From: a virus
Taxonomy: Duplodnaviria > Caudoviricetes
DNA: 58,046 nt
Virus record (IMG/VR): IMGVR_UViG_3300032294_002030
Location: 1 to 58,046 of that record
Direction: 5' to 3' (one strand)
How positions within the stretch are numbered: the stretch's first letter is position 1; the number at the start of each line of letters is the position of its first letter. A model generated the notes under the pieces. It did not search any database. It was not told the DNA's origin and saw only the letters and a list, made by a program, of their open reading frames with translations. Made by a program: the position numbers and the translations under genes. Shown piece by piece: positions 28,517 through 37,538 of the stretch.

Positions 28517-29433
28517 CCAACATAGACCACGCAATTTGGTTTGAGCGGTGGCGCCCCGCCACGCTAGATGATTATGTGGGAGACGAATTTATCCGACAAA
28601 AGTTGGCAGAATATATTCAACAACAATCGATTCCACATTTGCTGTTTCACGGCACCGCTGGGACGGGGAAAACTACAGCAGCTAAGATTCTAGTCAATTC
28701 TATATCATGTGATTACTTGTTTATCAACGCTTCGGATGAAAGAGGGATTGATACAGTCCGAGATAAGATCAAAAGTTTTGCCTCTACTATAGGATTTAAT
28801 CCTCTGAAAATTGTGGTATTAGACGAAGCCGATTATCTCGGGCGGGATGCACAACCAGCATTAAGAAATCTTATGGAAGCATATAGCGAAACCACTAGAT
28901 TTATTCTAACGGCAAACTATATAGAAAGAATCATTGACCCCTTGATTAGTAGGACACAAGTCTATAAATTACTACCACCGTCTAAAGCAGACGTAGCTCG
29001 TAGGCTTGCAAAAATACTACAAGAGGAACAAGTAGAGTACGAGAACGCATCAGTAATAAAACTGGTAAAAGACTACTATCCAGATATCAGAAAAATTATT
29101 AACACGGCACAGCTACAAACCTCAGATAATAAGTTAATAGTTACTGAATCAGATCAATCCATGCAGGACATGAAACGTAATATGATTAACATATTACAGG
29201 AAAAATCCCCGTTGACGAATAAAATTAATCAAATTCGACAGTGGGCCGCGGATAATAAAATACAAGACTTCACGGAATTATATGAAGAGCTATATGATAA
29301 GGTAGACGTTTACGCTCCTACTAAAGTTCCTCAAACGATACGTGAAATTGCAGAGGGGATTTATCGTGACGCGCATATTTCCCTTAAAGAAATAAACTTT
29401 GTAGCAACATTAAATAATATTTTAACACTTTGA
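28513..29433 (+). CDS. Clamp loader ATPase subunit (gp44/RFC-like)
   Basis: ERWRP, GTAGTGKT, NASDERG, LDEAD, ISR. Confidence 0.95.
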   Translation: MTNIDHAIWFERWRPATLDDYVGDEFIRQKLAEYIQQQSIPHLLFHGTAGTGKTTAAKILVNSISCDYLFINASDERGIDTVRDKIKSFASTIGFNPLKIVVLDEADYLGRDAQPALRNLMEAYSETTRFILTANYIERIIDPLISRTQVYKLLPPSKADVARRLAKILQEEQVEYENASVIKLVKDYYPDIRKIINTAQLQTSDNKLIVTESDQSMQDMKRNMINILQEKSPLTNKINQIRQWAADNKIQDFTELYEELYDKVDVYAPTKVPQTIREIAEGIYRDAHISLKEINFVATLNNILTL

Positions 29434-29442
29434 GGATCATTT

Positions 29443-29739
29443 ATGAATCAACGACCGCCAATTGAACTAGACCTTAGTAACGCACAGGACATCAAGTGCG
29501 AGCGCCCGGGTTGCGGAAACTATACGTTTCAAGAAGTAGTACTAATGAAAAAAGTCTCTGCGTTGCTTTCTCCGAACGGTAAGGCTGGTATAGTTCCTAT
29601 TCCTACATTTGCATGTAATGTATGTGGACATGTCAACGCACAGTTCCTCCCGGTTAAGCTAAACGAGCGATCATCGGTTGACAACGAAAGTCAACCCCTT
29701 ACATCAGAAGCTCGTCCGTCGCTTACCCTAGAGAGATAA
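29443..29739 (+). CDS. Zn-ribbon protein
   Basis: CERPGC...CNVC. Confidence 0.65.
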   Translation: MNQRPPIELDLSNAQDIKCERPGCGNYTFQEVVLMKKVSALLSPNGKAGIVPIPTFACNVCGHVNAQFLPVKLNERSSVDNESQPLTSEARPSLTLER

Positions 29740-29742
29740 CAC

Positions 29743-30315
29743 ATGTCAGATCCAGCGTCATATATACTTCAACAAGAATTTAGACAGAACACATTAAGAG
29801 ATCGTGGTATTTATTATTTTGCTGGAGAGTTTTCTCAGACCAGTGTACAAGAGGCAATTACGTGGATTTTAGAAGCTAACATGCAAAGCAATCCCCTTGA
29901 GAATCTTACGCTAATTATTACCAGCCAAGGTGGGGATTTATTCTCTGCATTTGCACTCATCGATGTCATGCGCGGCAGCAAGATTCCTGTACATACTGTT
30001 GGACTTGGTATAATTGCTAGTGCTGGGCTATTAACGTTTATCGCGGGTGAGCCCGGGGAAAGAGTTATTACTCCGAATACAAGCTTACTATCCCATCAGT
30101 GGTCGTGGGGCGCATATGGGAAGGAACATGAGCTTATTGCGAGCGGCAAGCAATTTGATATCATGACTAAGAAAATGATATCGCACTATAAAAAATGCAC
30201 AAAGCTCTCGGAAAAAGTTATTCGTGAAAAACTTTTACCGGCACAAGACGTATGGCTTACGTCCGAAGAAGCAAAGGAATTCAACTTGGTAGACACTATT
30301 AAAGATTTGCGATGA
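29743..30315 (+). CDS. clpP: ClpP-like serine protease
   Basis: SQGG, IASAG (Ser), SHQ (His), DVWLTSEEAKEFNLVD (Asp). Confidence 0.85.
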   Translation: MSDPASYILQQEFRQNTLRDRGIYYFAGEFSQTSVQEAITWILEANMQSNPLENLTLIITSQGGDLFSAFALIDVMRGSKIPVHTVGLGIIASAGLLTFIAGEPGERVITPNTSLLSHQWSWGAYGKEHELIASGKQFDIMTKKMISHYKKCTKLSEKVIREKLLPAQDVWLTSEEAKEFNLVDTIKDLR

Positions 30316-30776
30316 CACCAAAAAAGAAGGGCAGCGAATCAAAAAATGTGTTTGATTTTATTAATGCCATAACGCAAGATCAATCACCTAATTATTTTGA
30401 TTCGCTGACTGAGGAAGAGGTAAAGCTATATCACAGATCCAGATACATGATCAATAGATATTTGTCTATGAATCCCGCGTATGCAGAAGTCGTGAATATA
30501 GTACAAAAATATAGTAATATGCCGGATAAAATGCATTACCGATTTCTATCCGGTATATTACCTAAACAAAAGCAGTTTAATAAGTATATAAAAAGTTCGG
30601 TAGAAGCTAAGTATCCGGGATGGTTAGTTTCTCTTGTGGCAAAACACTTCTTAGTATCGTCTGTACAAGCTATTGAATATCTTGACATTCTTTATGCTAA
30701 GAATAAAGAAGAAGTATTAAAACTTTGTAAAATGTATGCAGTTGATCCTAAACTTTTAAAGGAAATAAAATTATGA
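30312..30776 (+). CDS. Clamp loader small subunit (gp62-like)
   Basis: FDFINAI, YMINRYLS, A.EYLDIL. Confidence 0.75.
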   Translation: MTPKKKGSESKNVFDFINAITQDQSPNYFDSLTEEEVKLYHRSRYMINRYLSMNPAYAEVVNIVQKYSNMPDKMHYRFLSGILPKQKQFNKYIKSSVEAKYPGWLVSLVAKHFLVSSVQAIEYLDILYAKNKEEVLKLCKMYAVDPKLLKEIKL

Positions 30777-30946
30777 CTAGACTAGACGTATTGGCAGAAT
30801 TTACCACGATCACAAAAAACGGGAACGATCCAGCGGCTCGTGTGGTTAACTCGGAACGAATGGCGGATGAAATTGTTCGCCTTCGAGTTAAGTTGCACGA
30901 AACGCAGCGTTTGTTGAACGATCTACTTGAAGAATCTAAAAGTTAA
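30773..30946 (+). CDS. Small hypothetical coiled-coil protein (57 aa, unlisted)
   Basis: ATGA overlap; MTRLDVLAEF...LLEESKS fills the gap. Confidence 0.55.
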   Translation: MTRLDVLAEFTTITKNGNDPAARVVNSERMADEIVRLRVKLHETQRLLNDLLEESKS

Positions 30947-30952
30947 GAAATT

Positions 30953-31399
30953 ATGGATTGGTACTCGTATTTTAAGAACATTTCGGACATCGTTGCGCTC
31001 AAGTCTAAAGACCCTGACACGAAAGTGGGCGCGGTAATCGTTGGTCCAGAAAAGGAAATCGTCTCTACTGGATACAATTCATTCCCGCGAGGAATCAACG
31101 ATGATGTAGCATCCAGAAAAGAACGACCGGAAAAATACTACTGGATGGCACACGCGGAACTCAACAGCATCGTGAATGCGGCAAGAAACGGAGTGTCTAC
31201 TAAGGGATGTTCTATCTACACTACATCTGATGTTCCGTGTAATGATTGCACTAAAGCTATCATAAACGCGGGAATTAAAAACGTGTTTTGTGTAAAGAAC
31301 GGAGGGCCGCAATCAGATAAGTGGAAAGAACAAGAAGCTCGCAGTATTGAGATGTTTACTGAAGCGGGCGTAAATGTGTACTACTTGGGTACAGATTAA
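30953..31399 (+). CDS. dCMP deaminase
   Basis: KVGA, GYN, HAELN, PCNDC. Confidence 0.9.
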   Translation: MDWYSYFKNISDIVALKSKDPDTKVGAVIVGPEKEIVSTGYNSFPRGINDDVASRKERPEKYYWMAHAELNSIVNAARNGVSTKGCSIYTTSDVPCNDCTKAIINAGIKNVFCVKNGGPQSDKWKEQEARSIEMFTEAGVNVYYLGTD

Positions 31400-31424
31400 T
31401 ATAAACTTATAAAAAAGAGGTTTT

Positions 31425-32087
31425 ATGCCAAAGACTAACAAAAGCAAAAAAAAGACGCACCTTGCAATCGTACTAGATCGTTCCGGTTCAATGACTTCTA
31501 TTAGAAAACAAGCATTAGATGCATTAAACGAAACCTTGAGCGGCATCGCCAAAGATGGATCTCTTGGTGGGGAAACCGACGTTACTATTGTATTGTTCGA
31601 TACTACGGTCGAAACTTTAATCGAAAGCGTTCCCCATGATATGTTACCTGAAATTACCGAAGAACAGTATGAGCCGCGTGGCCTCACTGCGCTATATGAT
31701 GCAGTAAACCACGCAATCGATCAGATTGTTGACCCGAACGAAACAGATGACACCGCGTATCTAGTGACAACTATCAGTGACGGAGAAGAAAATAGTTCGC
31801 GTACTGTTAATCAACAAGTGATTTCTAACAGAATTAAAGACCTAGAAGCTACTGGAAAGTGGACGTTTAATTTCATGTTAGCTAACCAAGATATTCACAA
31901 GTTCGTTCAAGACATGGGCGTTCGCGGTGGTAATGTCACGGCCTTCACTTCAACTGCTGCCGGTGTTGTGCATGGAAGTTATGCGTTGACCGGTTCTTAC
32001 TCCACATACCTATCCGCTCGCCATTCAGGATATACAACGGTAGGAAACACGTTTGATCCCGCGAGTGTTGTTAGCGGAGTTCCCTAA
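31425..32087 (+). CDS. von Willebrand factor A domain protein
   Basis: MIDAS DRSGS, TALYDA, SDGEENSS. Confidence 0.9.
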   Translation: MPKTNKSKKKTHLAIVLDRSGSMTSIRKQALDALNETLSGIAKDGSLGGETDVTIVLFDTTVETLIESVPHDMLPEITEEQYEPRGLTALYDAVNHAIDQIVDPNETDDTAYLVTTISDGEENSSRTVNQQVISNRIKDLEATGKWTFNFMLANQDIHKFVQDMGVRGGNVTAFTSTAAGVVHGSYALTGSYSTYLSARHSGYTTVGNTFDPASVVSGVP

Positions 32088-32590
32088 TGATTGAGTATAT
32101 TAACGGTGACGTATTAAATTCCGGCGAAGCAATAGTTGTACATGGGTGTAATTGTTTCAACAACATGGGGTCTGGTATTGCAAAGCAAGTCAGTATCGAA
32201 TATCCCGAAGCGACGATTGCCGACTATGAAACGGTTCCGGGTGATGTTAATAAGCTAGGTAGATATACAACGGCTATTGGTAAAAATGGTACACGGATTA
32301 TCAATGCGTACACTCAGTATCATTATTCTCGCACCCAAGTTAATGCTGATTATAATGCTATTGAACGGGCGATGGCGAACATATGTAGTGATTTTCCCGA
32401 CCAGAAAGTAATTGCTATGCCGAAGATTGGTGCAGGATTGGCGGGTGGTGATTGGGATATTATTGAGAAGATTCTAGAAAAGGTATCCAATGAATACGAT
32501 AGAGTTTTTCGTGTGTACATTTATCATAACGTATATCCCGTACAACCCACTAAGCCAGACTTTGCTAAGTGGAAGGAAATGATGGAATGA
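32087..32590 (+). CDS. Macrodomain (ADP-ribose processing) protein
   Basis: GD, HGCNC..MGSGIA, MPKIGAGLAGGDW. Confidence 0.9.
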   Translation: MIEYINGDVLNSGEAIVVHGCNCFNNMGSGIAKQVSIEYPEATIADYETVPGDVNKLGRYTTAIGKNGTRIINAYTQYHYSRTQVNADYNAIERAMANICSDFPDQKVIAMPKIGAGLAGGDWDIIEKILEKVSNEYDRVFRVYIYHNVYPVQPTKPDFAKWKEMME

Positions 32591-32796
32591 GAACTCCGTG
32601 GATTAATGGATTTGCTATTGCGTGGAGTAGCCACTGCGGGTGTTGCTATCATTATACACTATTCTACAGACGGAACGGTAAGACGAGAGTTCTCGAACGG
32701 TTCTTTGGGATTGGTAAGCGAGAGTACGTTACGCTAGCAAAGCAACTCATTAAATATTTCAAATACGAGTACAATAATGATGTACATCAATCATAG
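32587..32796 (+). CDS. Small hypothetical protein
   Basis: ATGA coupling; HCGCC. Confidence 0.45.
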   Translation: MRTPWINGFAIAWSSHCGCCYHYTLFYRRNGKTRVLERFFGIGKREYVTLAKQLIKYFKYEYNNDVHQS

Positions 32797-33337
32797 TGGC
32801 GGGTGTGAAGGAGCCGACATGGCTTGGGAAATATCTGGATTAGAATACGGTGTCAAGACTATTTCCTATTCCTTTCACGGGCACACTCAGTATGGGGAGA
32901 ATCCATATATTATGAATTCGGATGAACTAAACGAAGGGTGGGAAGCTTGTAAGATTGCCGCTGAAACACTTAATCGGCCCTTAGAAAGAAGTAAATCAAC
33001 TTACGTCAGAAAACTTATTTGTCGTAACTGGTTCCAAGTAAAACATTCAGAAGCTATCTTTGCGATTGGAACATTCGCGAGCTATAGTAGAAAGATTGTA
33101 AATGGCGGAACCGGCTGGGCAGTTCAAATGGGAATAGATAATAAGAAACCGGTTTATTTATTTGACCAAAATGAACAGGTATGGAAGCAATATAGTTACC
33201 GCCATGATAGATTTATTTCTGGGTTAACTCCACTTCTTACCAGAGATTTTGCCGGTATTGGAACGCGGGCAATTACCGATGCTGGTTTGCGAGTAATACT
33301 GGATGTATATCAACGAACCTTTGGAGAACTAAAATGA
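32777..33337 (+). CDS. SLOG-superfamily-like nucleotide-binding protein
   Basis: HSGGCEGAD, RN, GGTGWAV, KPVYLF, AGIGTR. Confidence 0.6.
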   Translation: MMYINHSGGCEGADMAWEISGLEYGVKTISYSFHGHTQYGENPYIMNSDELNEGWEACKIAAETLNRPLERSKSTYVRKLICRNWFQVKHSEAIFAIGTFASYSRKIVNGGTGWAVQMGIDNKKPVYLFDQNEQVWKQYSYRHDRFISGLTPLLTRDFAGIGTRAITDAGLRVILDVYQRTFGELK

Positions 33338-33576
33338 CTAACGGAAAAGGAGATACTCCACGCCCATTTAGCGTGGATCAAAAAACATACGAAACTAATT
33401 GGGCGAATACGTTTAAGCAAACGTCGGATAGACCTCTTAGTCTATCCGAAAAGTATGCTCTACATGCGGAGTATGTGCAACAAGTAGAATCCGGTATGTT
33501 CTGGGAAATGCACCCAGAACTTACCGGAACGTGGGAAGTAGATAAAGAGCAGTGGTACGCTAAGATGGGAGCGTAG
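33334..33576 (+). CDS. Hypothetical protein
   Basis: GGAG RBS; GKGDTPRP start. Confidence 0.6.
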   Translation: MTNGKGDTPRPFSVDQKTYETNWANTFKQTSDRPLSLSEKYALHAEYVQQVESGMFWEMHPELTGTWEVDKEQWYAKMGA

Positions 33577-33577
33577 T

Positions 33578-33778
33578 ATGTTTCAGCCTACCTTAACAGC
33601 AGCGAAAGAAGTCGGGAAAACCGAACGTGGAAACTTATATATAATTCTACAAGATGCTCCCACTTCATTTCATGTGAGCGTGGTCGTAGAAGGAATTACC
33701 TACTACGACCACGTAGAACAGCCTCAATCAAAAGAAGAAATAATGAAGCGAATCGAAGAATTGGAAGTTAGAGATTAA
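33578..33778 (+). CDS. Hypothetical protein
   Basis: GGGAG RBS, co-oriented. Confidence 0.55.
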   Translation: MFQPTLTAAKEVGKTERGNLYIILQDAPTSFHVSVVVEGITYYDHVEQPQSKEEIMKRIEELEVRD

Positions 33779-35145
33779 TATATCTCAGACCATAGCATAT
33801 TACCACCAACGTTTGTTGTACTGTTGGTCATATTTTTTGCAACCAATACATAAATTTCACCATCATTACTATCAAAGTTTTGTGTGATGAAATTTTGTTT
33901 GTTAGTAACACCGGCCTGTGTTACGGTGATTGGAACTGCTTGGTTGGGGTTTAACGAGTTGGCTCCCACAAATCCTGATAGTAGCGGTCTACCTCCATTG
34001 TGTCCCGTGGCACTTACGTTGTACTCCACTGTTGAGATGCTATCAACGGAAATCCACGCGCTGCTTGTAGTTAACGCGGACCCGCTCGGTAATTTTAATA
34101 AAGTATATTTAACCGTTTGTTGATCGGTAAATACCGCGCAGTTTTGAATTCTAATAAACGATCTGTTTGGTAATCCGTTTATATTTGTTTTTGGTCTAAT
34201 GGCTAGAATAGGTACAGTGGAACCACTAGTAATTGTTCGGAATATATCATTTGAAACGGTAAACGCCCGCCCGGTTTCTGCATATCCACCTTCACTTGCA
34301 ACCGTAGTACATATCTGTTCCATACGAGACTGCGTTACCGTTGTTGTGGAGTTTACTATTTCACATCGAATGGGCAGGTTCGGGTTTTGCATATACGACA
34401 CCGCAAGTACATTTGAATGATCAAACACGTGGCAGATTACCGTTATCCCCTTGTGAACAAACCCACATCGCACTCTACCTACCGCAAGCCATTGAAAATC
34501 AATATACAGTAATTGAGTTTTTGTTACGTCTAGCGTGAAATCTCCACTTAACAGTGTATTCACATTCCAGTCCGCTTGCTTGACTCGGTTTTCTTGAATT
34601 GACCCTGTGCCGTTTGTTGCGGAGCGTATTACTAATTGCAAGCTGCCCGTGGCGTCTTGTTCCAAAAATATTCCGTTATATCTATCAAAGTACCCAGTTC
34701 GTTTGGTTGATCCGCTGACCGGGGCGCCAAAAATGAAACTAGATAATATAACTTGACTTTTTCCGGGCATATAGTGATGATACATTTTCGTTTGATGTAT
34801 CGCATAACTTCCGCTAGTCGTTGAAGTTAACGCAACGGCTGCTCTATTTACGTTGTCTGTTATCGCGCCGTCGCCGTTAATCTTATTAAAAAATAAATCA
34901 TCTAATCCATAAATGTGCTTATAGTCGCCCAACGTAAATGGTATAGATACTCGGTTTCTACCAAAAGCATCCACTCCCGCACTTAACGATCCGCTTATGG
35001 TTACACCTAGAGGAGTTGATTTTAAGAAGGCGTGGTGATTAAAAATATCTATTAATTCCCATCCTTCTTTTCCTAGCTCGTTTAGTTCCAACTCACTATC
35101 TGGTAACACCCATTCTGGCAGTTTTACTATCTTATGTTGCGACAT
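33775..35145 (-). CDS. Probable virion structural protein; only substantial minus-strand gene
   Basis: 456-aa beta-rich ORF, DAFGRNRVS motif, N-terminal LNELGKEGWEL; GAG RBS and TATTTATA upstream on minus strand. Confidence 0.75.
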   Translation of the reverse strand: MSQHKIVKLPEWVLPDSELELNELGKEGWELIDIFNHHAFLKSTPLGVTISGSLSAGVDAFGRNRVSIPFTLGDYKHIYGLDDLFFNKINGDGAITDNVNRAAVALTSTTSGSYAIHQTKMYHHYMPGKSQVILSSFIFGAPVSGSTKRTGYFDRYNGIFLEQDATGSLQLVIRSATNGTGSIQENRVKQADWNVNTLLSGDFTLDVTKTQLLYIDFQWLAVGRVRCGFVHKGITVICHVFDHSNVLAVSYMQNPNLPIRCEIVNSTTTVTQSRMEQICTTVASEGGYAETGRAFTVSNDIFRTITSGSTVPILAIRPKTNINGLPNRSFIRIQNCAVFTDQQTVKYTLLKLPSGSALTTSSAWISVDSISTVEYNVSATGHNGGRPLLSGFVGANSLNPNQAVPITVTQAGVTNKQNFITQNFDSNDGEIYVLVAKNMTNSTTNVGGNMLWSEIY

Positions 35146-35189
35146 GTTTATCTCGGTTAGAGGATATACATATAAATATGCAATTGAAC

Positions 35190-35218
35190 TTGACTTTCGC
35201 GTCTTTGTAGTTTAATTT
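35190..35218 (+). promoter_or_regulatory. sigma70-like promoter TTGACT-N17-TAATTT
   Basis: Divergent intergenic region. Confidence 0.55.
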
Positions 35219-35247
35219 ATAAAGATCATTCATGCGAGGAAAAGATT

Positions 35248-35595
35248 ATGTGTTATGTAAATTATAAAGGATTTACCAGAGAAGCTTCCTATTCTTGTGT
35301 TGGACCGGGGTGGGCACGGTTGATAGATGAAGTATTTGATGTACATGAAAAACTTAATTGTGCCGTGAATATTATACAAGTTAAGGAAAAGTGGGGTGGC
35401 CTACGCATATATACCGATTATGGAAATTCAAAATTGGATGCAATTATTAAAATAGTTGAAGCTGATAGCTTTACTATATGCGAGGAGTGTGGTAACGCCG
35501 GAGTACTTAGAAAGGGAAACTGGTATAGGACGTTGTGTGATATTCATGCGGATGGCAGAGAACCAATTAACGGGGGCGACAATGACGGAGAATGA
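35248..35595 (+). CDS. Hypothetical phage protein with Cys/His cluster
   Basis: GW..L, QVKEKWGGLRIY, CEECG, TLC..H. Confidence 0.7.
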   Translation: MCYVNYKGFTREASYSCVGPGWARLIDEVFDVHEKLNCAVNIIQVKEKWGGLRIYTDYGNSKLDAIIKIVEADSFTICEECGNAGVLRKGNWYRTLCDIHADGREPINGGDNDGE

Positions 35596-35800
35596 GTTTA
35601 ACTTAAAATTTACTGGAAAGGCGTCGGTTATTATTGGAATAGAAAACCACGATCCTATTCAGTTCAACATAACTGATCCAACTTTAATTGGAAAAATAAT
35701 AGAACTGATGGTAGACGAATCTATTGACATTTCCGTGGATGTGACTGCCTATTCAAAGCGGGAAGGAAAAGCGTTGTCTAAGATATTAGATAATATGTAA
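35582..35800 (+). CDS. Hypothetical protein
   Basis: GGGGG RBS before ATG 35582. Confidence 0.5.
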   Translation: MTENEFNLKFTGKASVIIGIENHDPIQFNITDPTLIGKIIELMVDESIDISVDVTAYSKREGKALSKILDNM

Positions 35801-35804
35801 TAAT

Positions 35805-36692
35805 ATGAAAAAGATTTCATATTCTCAGTATTCTCTTTGGTCTAATTGTAATTGGGCGTGGAAGCTCAAGTATGTGGACGGACACCGCCTAAACGATACT
35901 ACGATGCATACCATTTTTGGTACATCGATGCACGAAACTATTCAAGAGTGGTTAGACATTCTCTATAATAAAAGCGAGAAAATGGCGAGTACAATGTACT
36001 TGAACGATGGATTCAAGGAAAAGCTGTTGGCGTTATTTAAAGAAAATATTACTATAACGGAGTCTGGAGAAAAGATATTTTTGTGTGATTCTCCGACTCT
36101 GATGCAATTCTATGCACAAGGGTGTTTGATTCTAGAATACATTCAAAAGAATTATAAAAAAATATTTCCAACAGCCGATACGAAACTACATAGTATAGAG
36201 TATCCACTGGAAATCGAAGTAAAACCGGGAGTACAATATGTAGGGTTTATCGACATCGTTACGCACAATACCGTTACCAATGAATACGTCTTATATGATT
36301 TAAAAACATCCACGAAAGGATGGAACGAGTATCAGAAAAAAGATCCGGTAAAAACCGGGCAGCTCCTATTGTACAAAAGATTTTTTTCTAGGCAGCTTGA
36401 CATTCCAGAAAAAAATATTAACGTAGAGTTTGTTATATTAAAGCGGGAAGTGTACGACAACCCTAATTATATCATTCCACGGGTATCTAAGTTTGAACCG
36501 GCGAACGGAACTCCTAGTGTCAATAAAAGCTATCAAATGTTTAAGAAATTTGTAGATTCGTGCTTTGATGATAATGGAGACTATATCGAAGAGCAAAAGG
36601 CTAGTCCCGGAAACGCCTGTAGATTTTGTGTTTATAACACCAGAAAGGATCTTTGTCCAGATGGCGTTTCCCTATTGACAAGCAACGATTGA
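35805..36692 (+). CDS. PD-(D/E)XK RecB/Cas4-like exonuclease
   Basis: ISYSQ..C, GTSMH, E, GFIDI, DLKT, QL..Y, CRFC...C. Confidence 0.85.
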   Translation: MKKISYSQYSLWSNCNWAWKLKYVDGHRLNDTTMHTIFGTSMHETIQEWLDILYNKSEKMASTMYLNDGFKEKLLALFKENITITESGEKIFLCDSPTLMQFYAQGCLILEYIQKNYKKIFPTADTKLHSIEYPLEIEVKPGVQYVGFIDIVTHNTVTNEYVLYDLKTSTKGWNEYQKKDPVKTGQLLLYKRFFSRQLDIPEKNINVEFVILKREVYDNPNYIIPRVSKFEPANGTPSVNKSYQMFKKFVDSCFDDNGDYIEEQKASPGNACRFCVYNTRKDLCPDGVSLLTSND

Positions 36693-36703
36693 TCTATTAT
36701 ACT
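36675..36703 (+). promoter_or_regulatory. sigma70 promoter TTGACA-N17-TATACT
   Basis: Near-consensus at a gene boundary. Confidence 0.7.
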
Positions 36704-36730
36704 TATATAATAATTTAACGAGGCATTTCT

Positions 36731-36901
36731 ATGCACAAGAACGAAGTTAATTTGCTCGGCACATATCCCGTTACTCTTAAGAACGGGGAAACTGTAAGTC
36801 TATCAGAAGAAGGAACTGTGTTCTTTCTTGAAGCCGTAAACAATAATCAACTGTATTACGCATTTCTTGATCAACTAAATAGACAGCGAGATAAGAGGTA
36901 A
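36731..36901 (+). CDS. Small hypothetical protein (56 aa, unlisted)
   Basis: GAGG RBS, MHKNEVNLLG...RDKR, downstream of promoter. Confidence 0.55.
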   Translation: MHKNEVNLLGTYPVTLKNGETVSLSEEGTVFFLEAVNNNQLYYAFLDQLNRQRDKR

Positions 36902-36905
36902 ACTT

Positions 36906-37436
36906 ATGAAAAACGTCTTCGTAATTTCTGACACGCATTTTGGGCATCATAACATGTACAACTTCGTAGAAGCAGATGGTACGAGGACTCGTCATGAATT
37001 TGCTAATGCAGAAGAAGCAGACCAAGCAATGATTGATCGGTGGAATAGTGTAGTAAAGACTACAGATAAAGTCTATCATCTTGGTGATGTTTTTATCAAC
37101 AAAAAGGCAAGCTCTATTCTTTATGCCCTAAACGGTGATAAGGTATTGATCAAGGGCAACCACGATATTTTTGAGCTTAAGGTATACACCCCATTCTTTC
37201 GAGACATTCGGGCATATCATGTATTAGATAAGATGATTTTGAGTCATGTGCCAATCCACAAGGATTGCATTGAGCGGTTCAAAGGAAACGTGCATGGCCA
37301 TCTTCATCGTAAATTAATTCTTGACCACTGGAAGAAACCAGATCCATTTTACAAGTCCGCGTGTGTTGAACACAACGATTACACTCCAGTGGAACTGTCT
37401 GTATTTATCGACCACTTTTCCAAACTAAGGACTTGA
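36906..37436 (+). CDS. Calcineurin-like metallophosphoesterase
   Basis: SDTH, HLGD, GNHD, SH, HGHLH. Confidence 0.9.
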   Translation: MKNVFVISDTHFGHHNMYNFVEADGTRTRHEFANAEEADQAMIDRWNSVVKTTDKVYHLGDVFINKKASSILYALNGDKVLIKGNHDIFELKVYTPFFRDIRAYHVLDKMILSHVPIHKDCIERFKGNVHGHLHRKLILDHWKKPDPFYKSACVEHNDYTPVELSVFIDHFSKLRT

Positions 37437-37461
37437 CATTTTAACCTGTTAGTGTTATAAT
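37433..37461 (+). promoter_or_regulatory. Consensus sigma70 promoter TTGACA-N17-TATAAT with extended -10 TG
   Basis: Perfect consensus upstream of NAD genes. Confidence 0.85.
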
Positions 37462-37538
37462 TATGGTAGGTAATGAAAGATGCCTTTGGCAAGTAGTTAC
37501 CTACCAAACACTAACCTCTGATACAGATGGAGACTCAT

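Noticed and set aside
35171-35178. Canonical T4 late promoter TATAAATA driving plus-strand genes
   Set aside because: Other copies read TATTTATA in the sense direction and the plus-strand gene has its own sigma70 promoter; not fully excluded
35805-36692. Cas4 as part of a CRISPR-Cas system
   Set aside because: No array or other cas genes; solo RecB-like nucleases are common in phages
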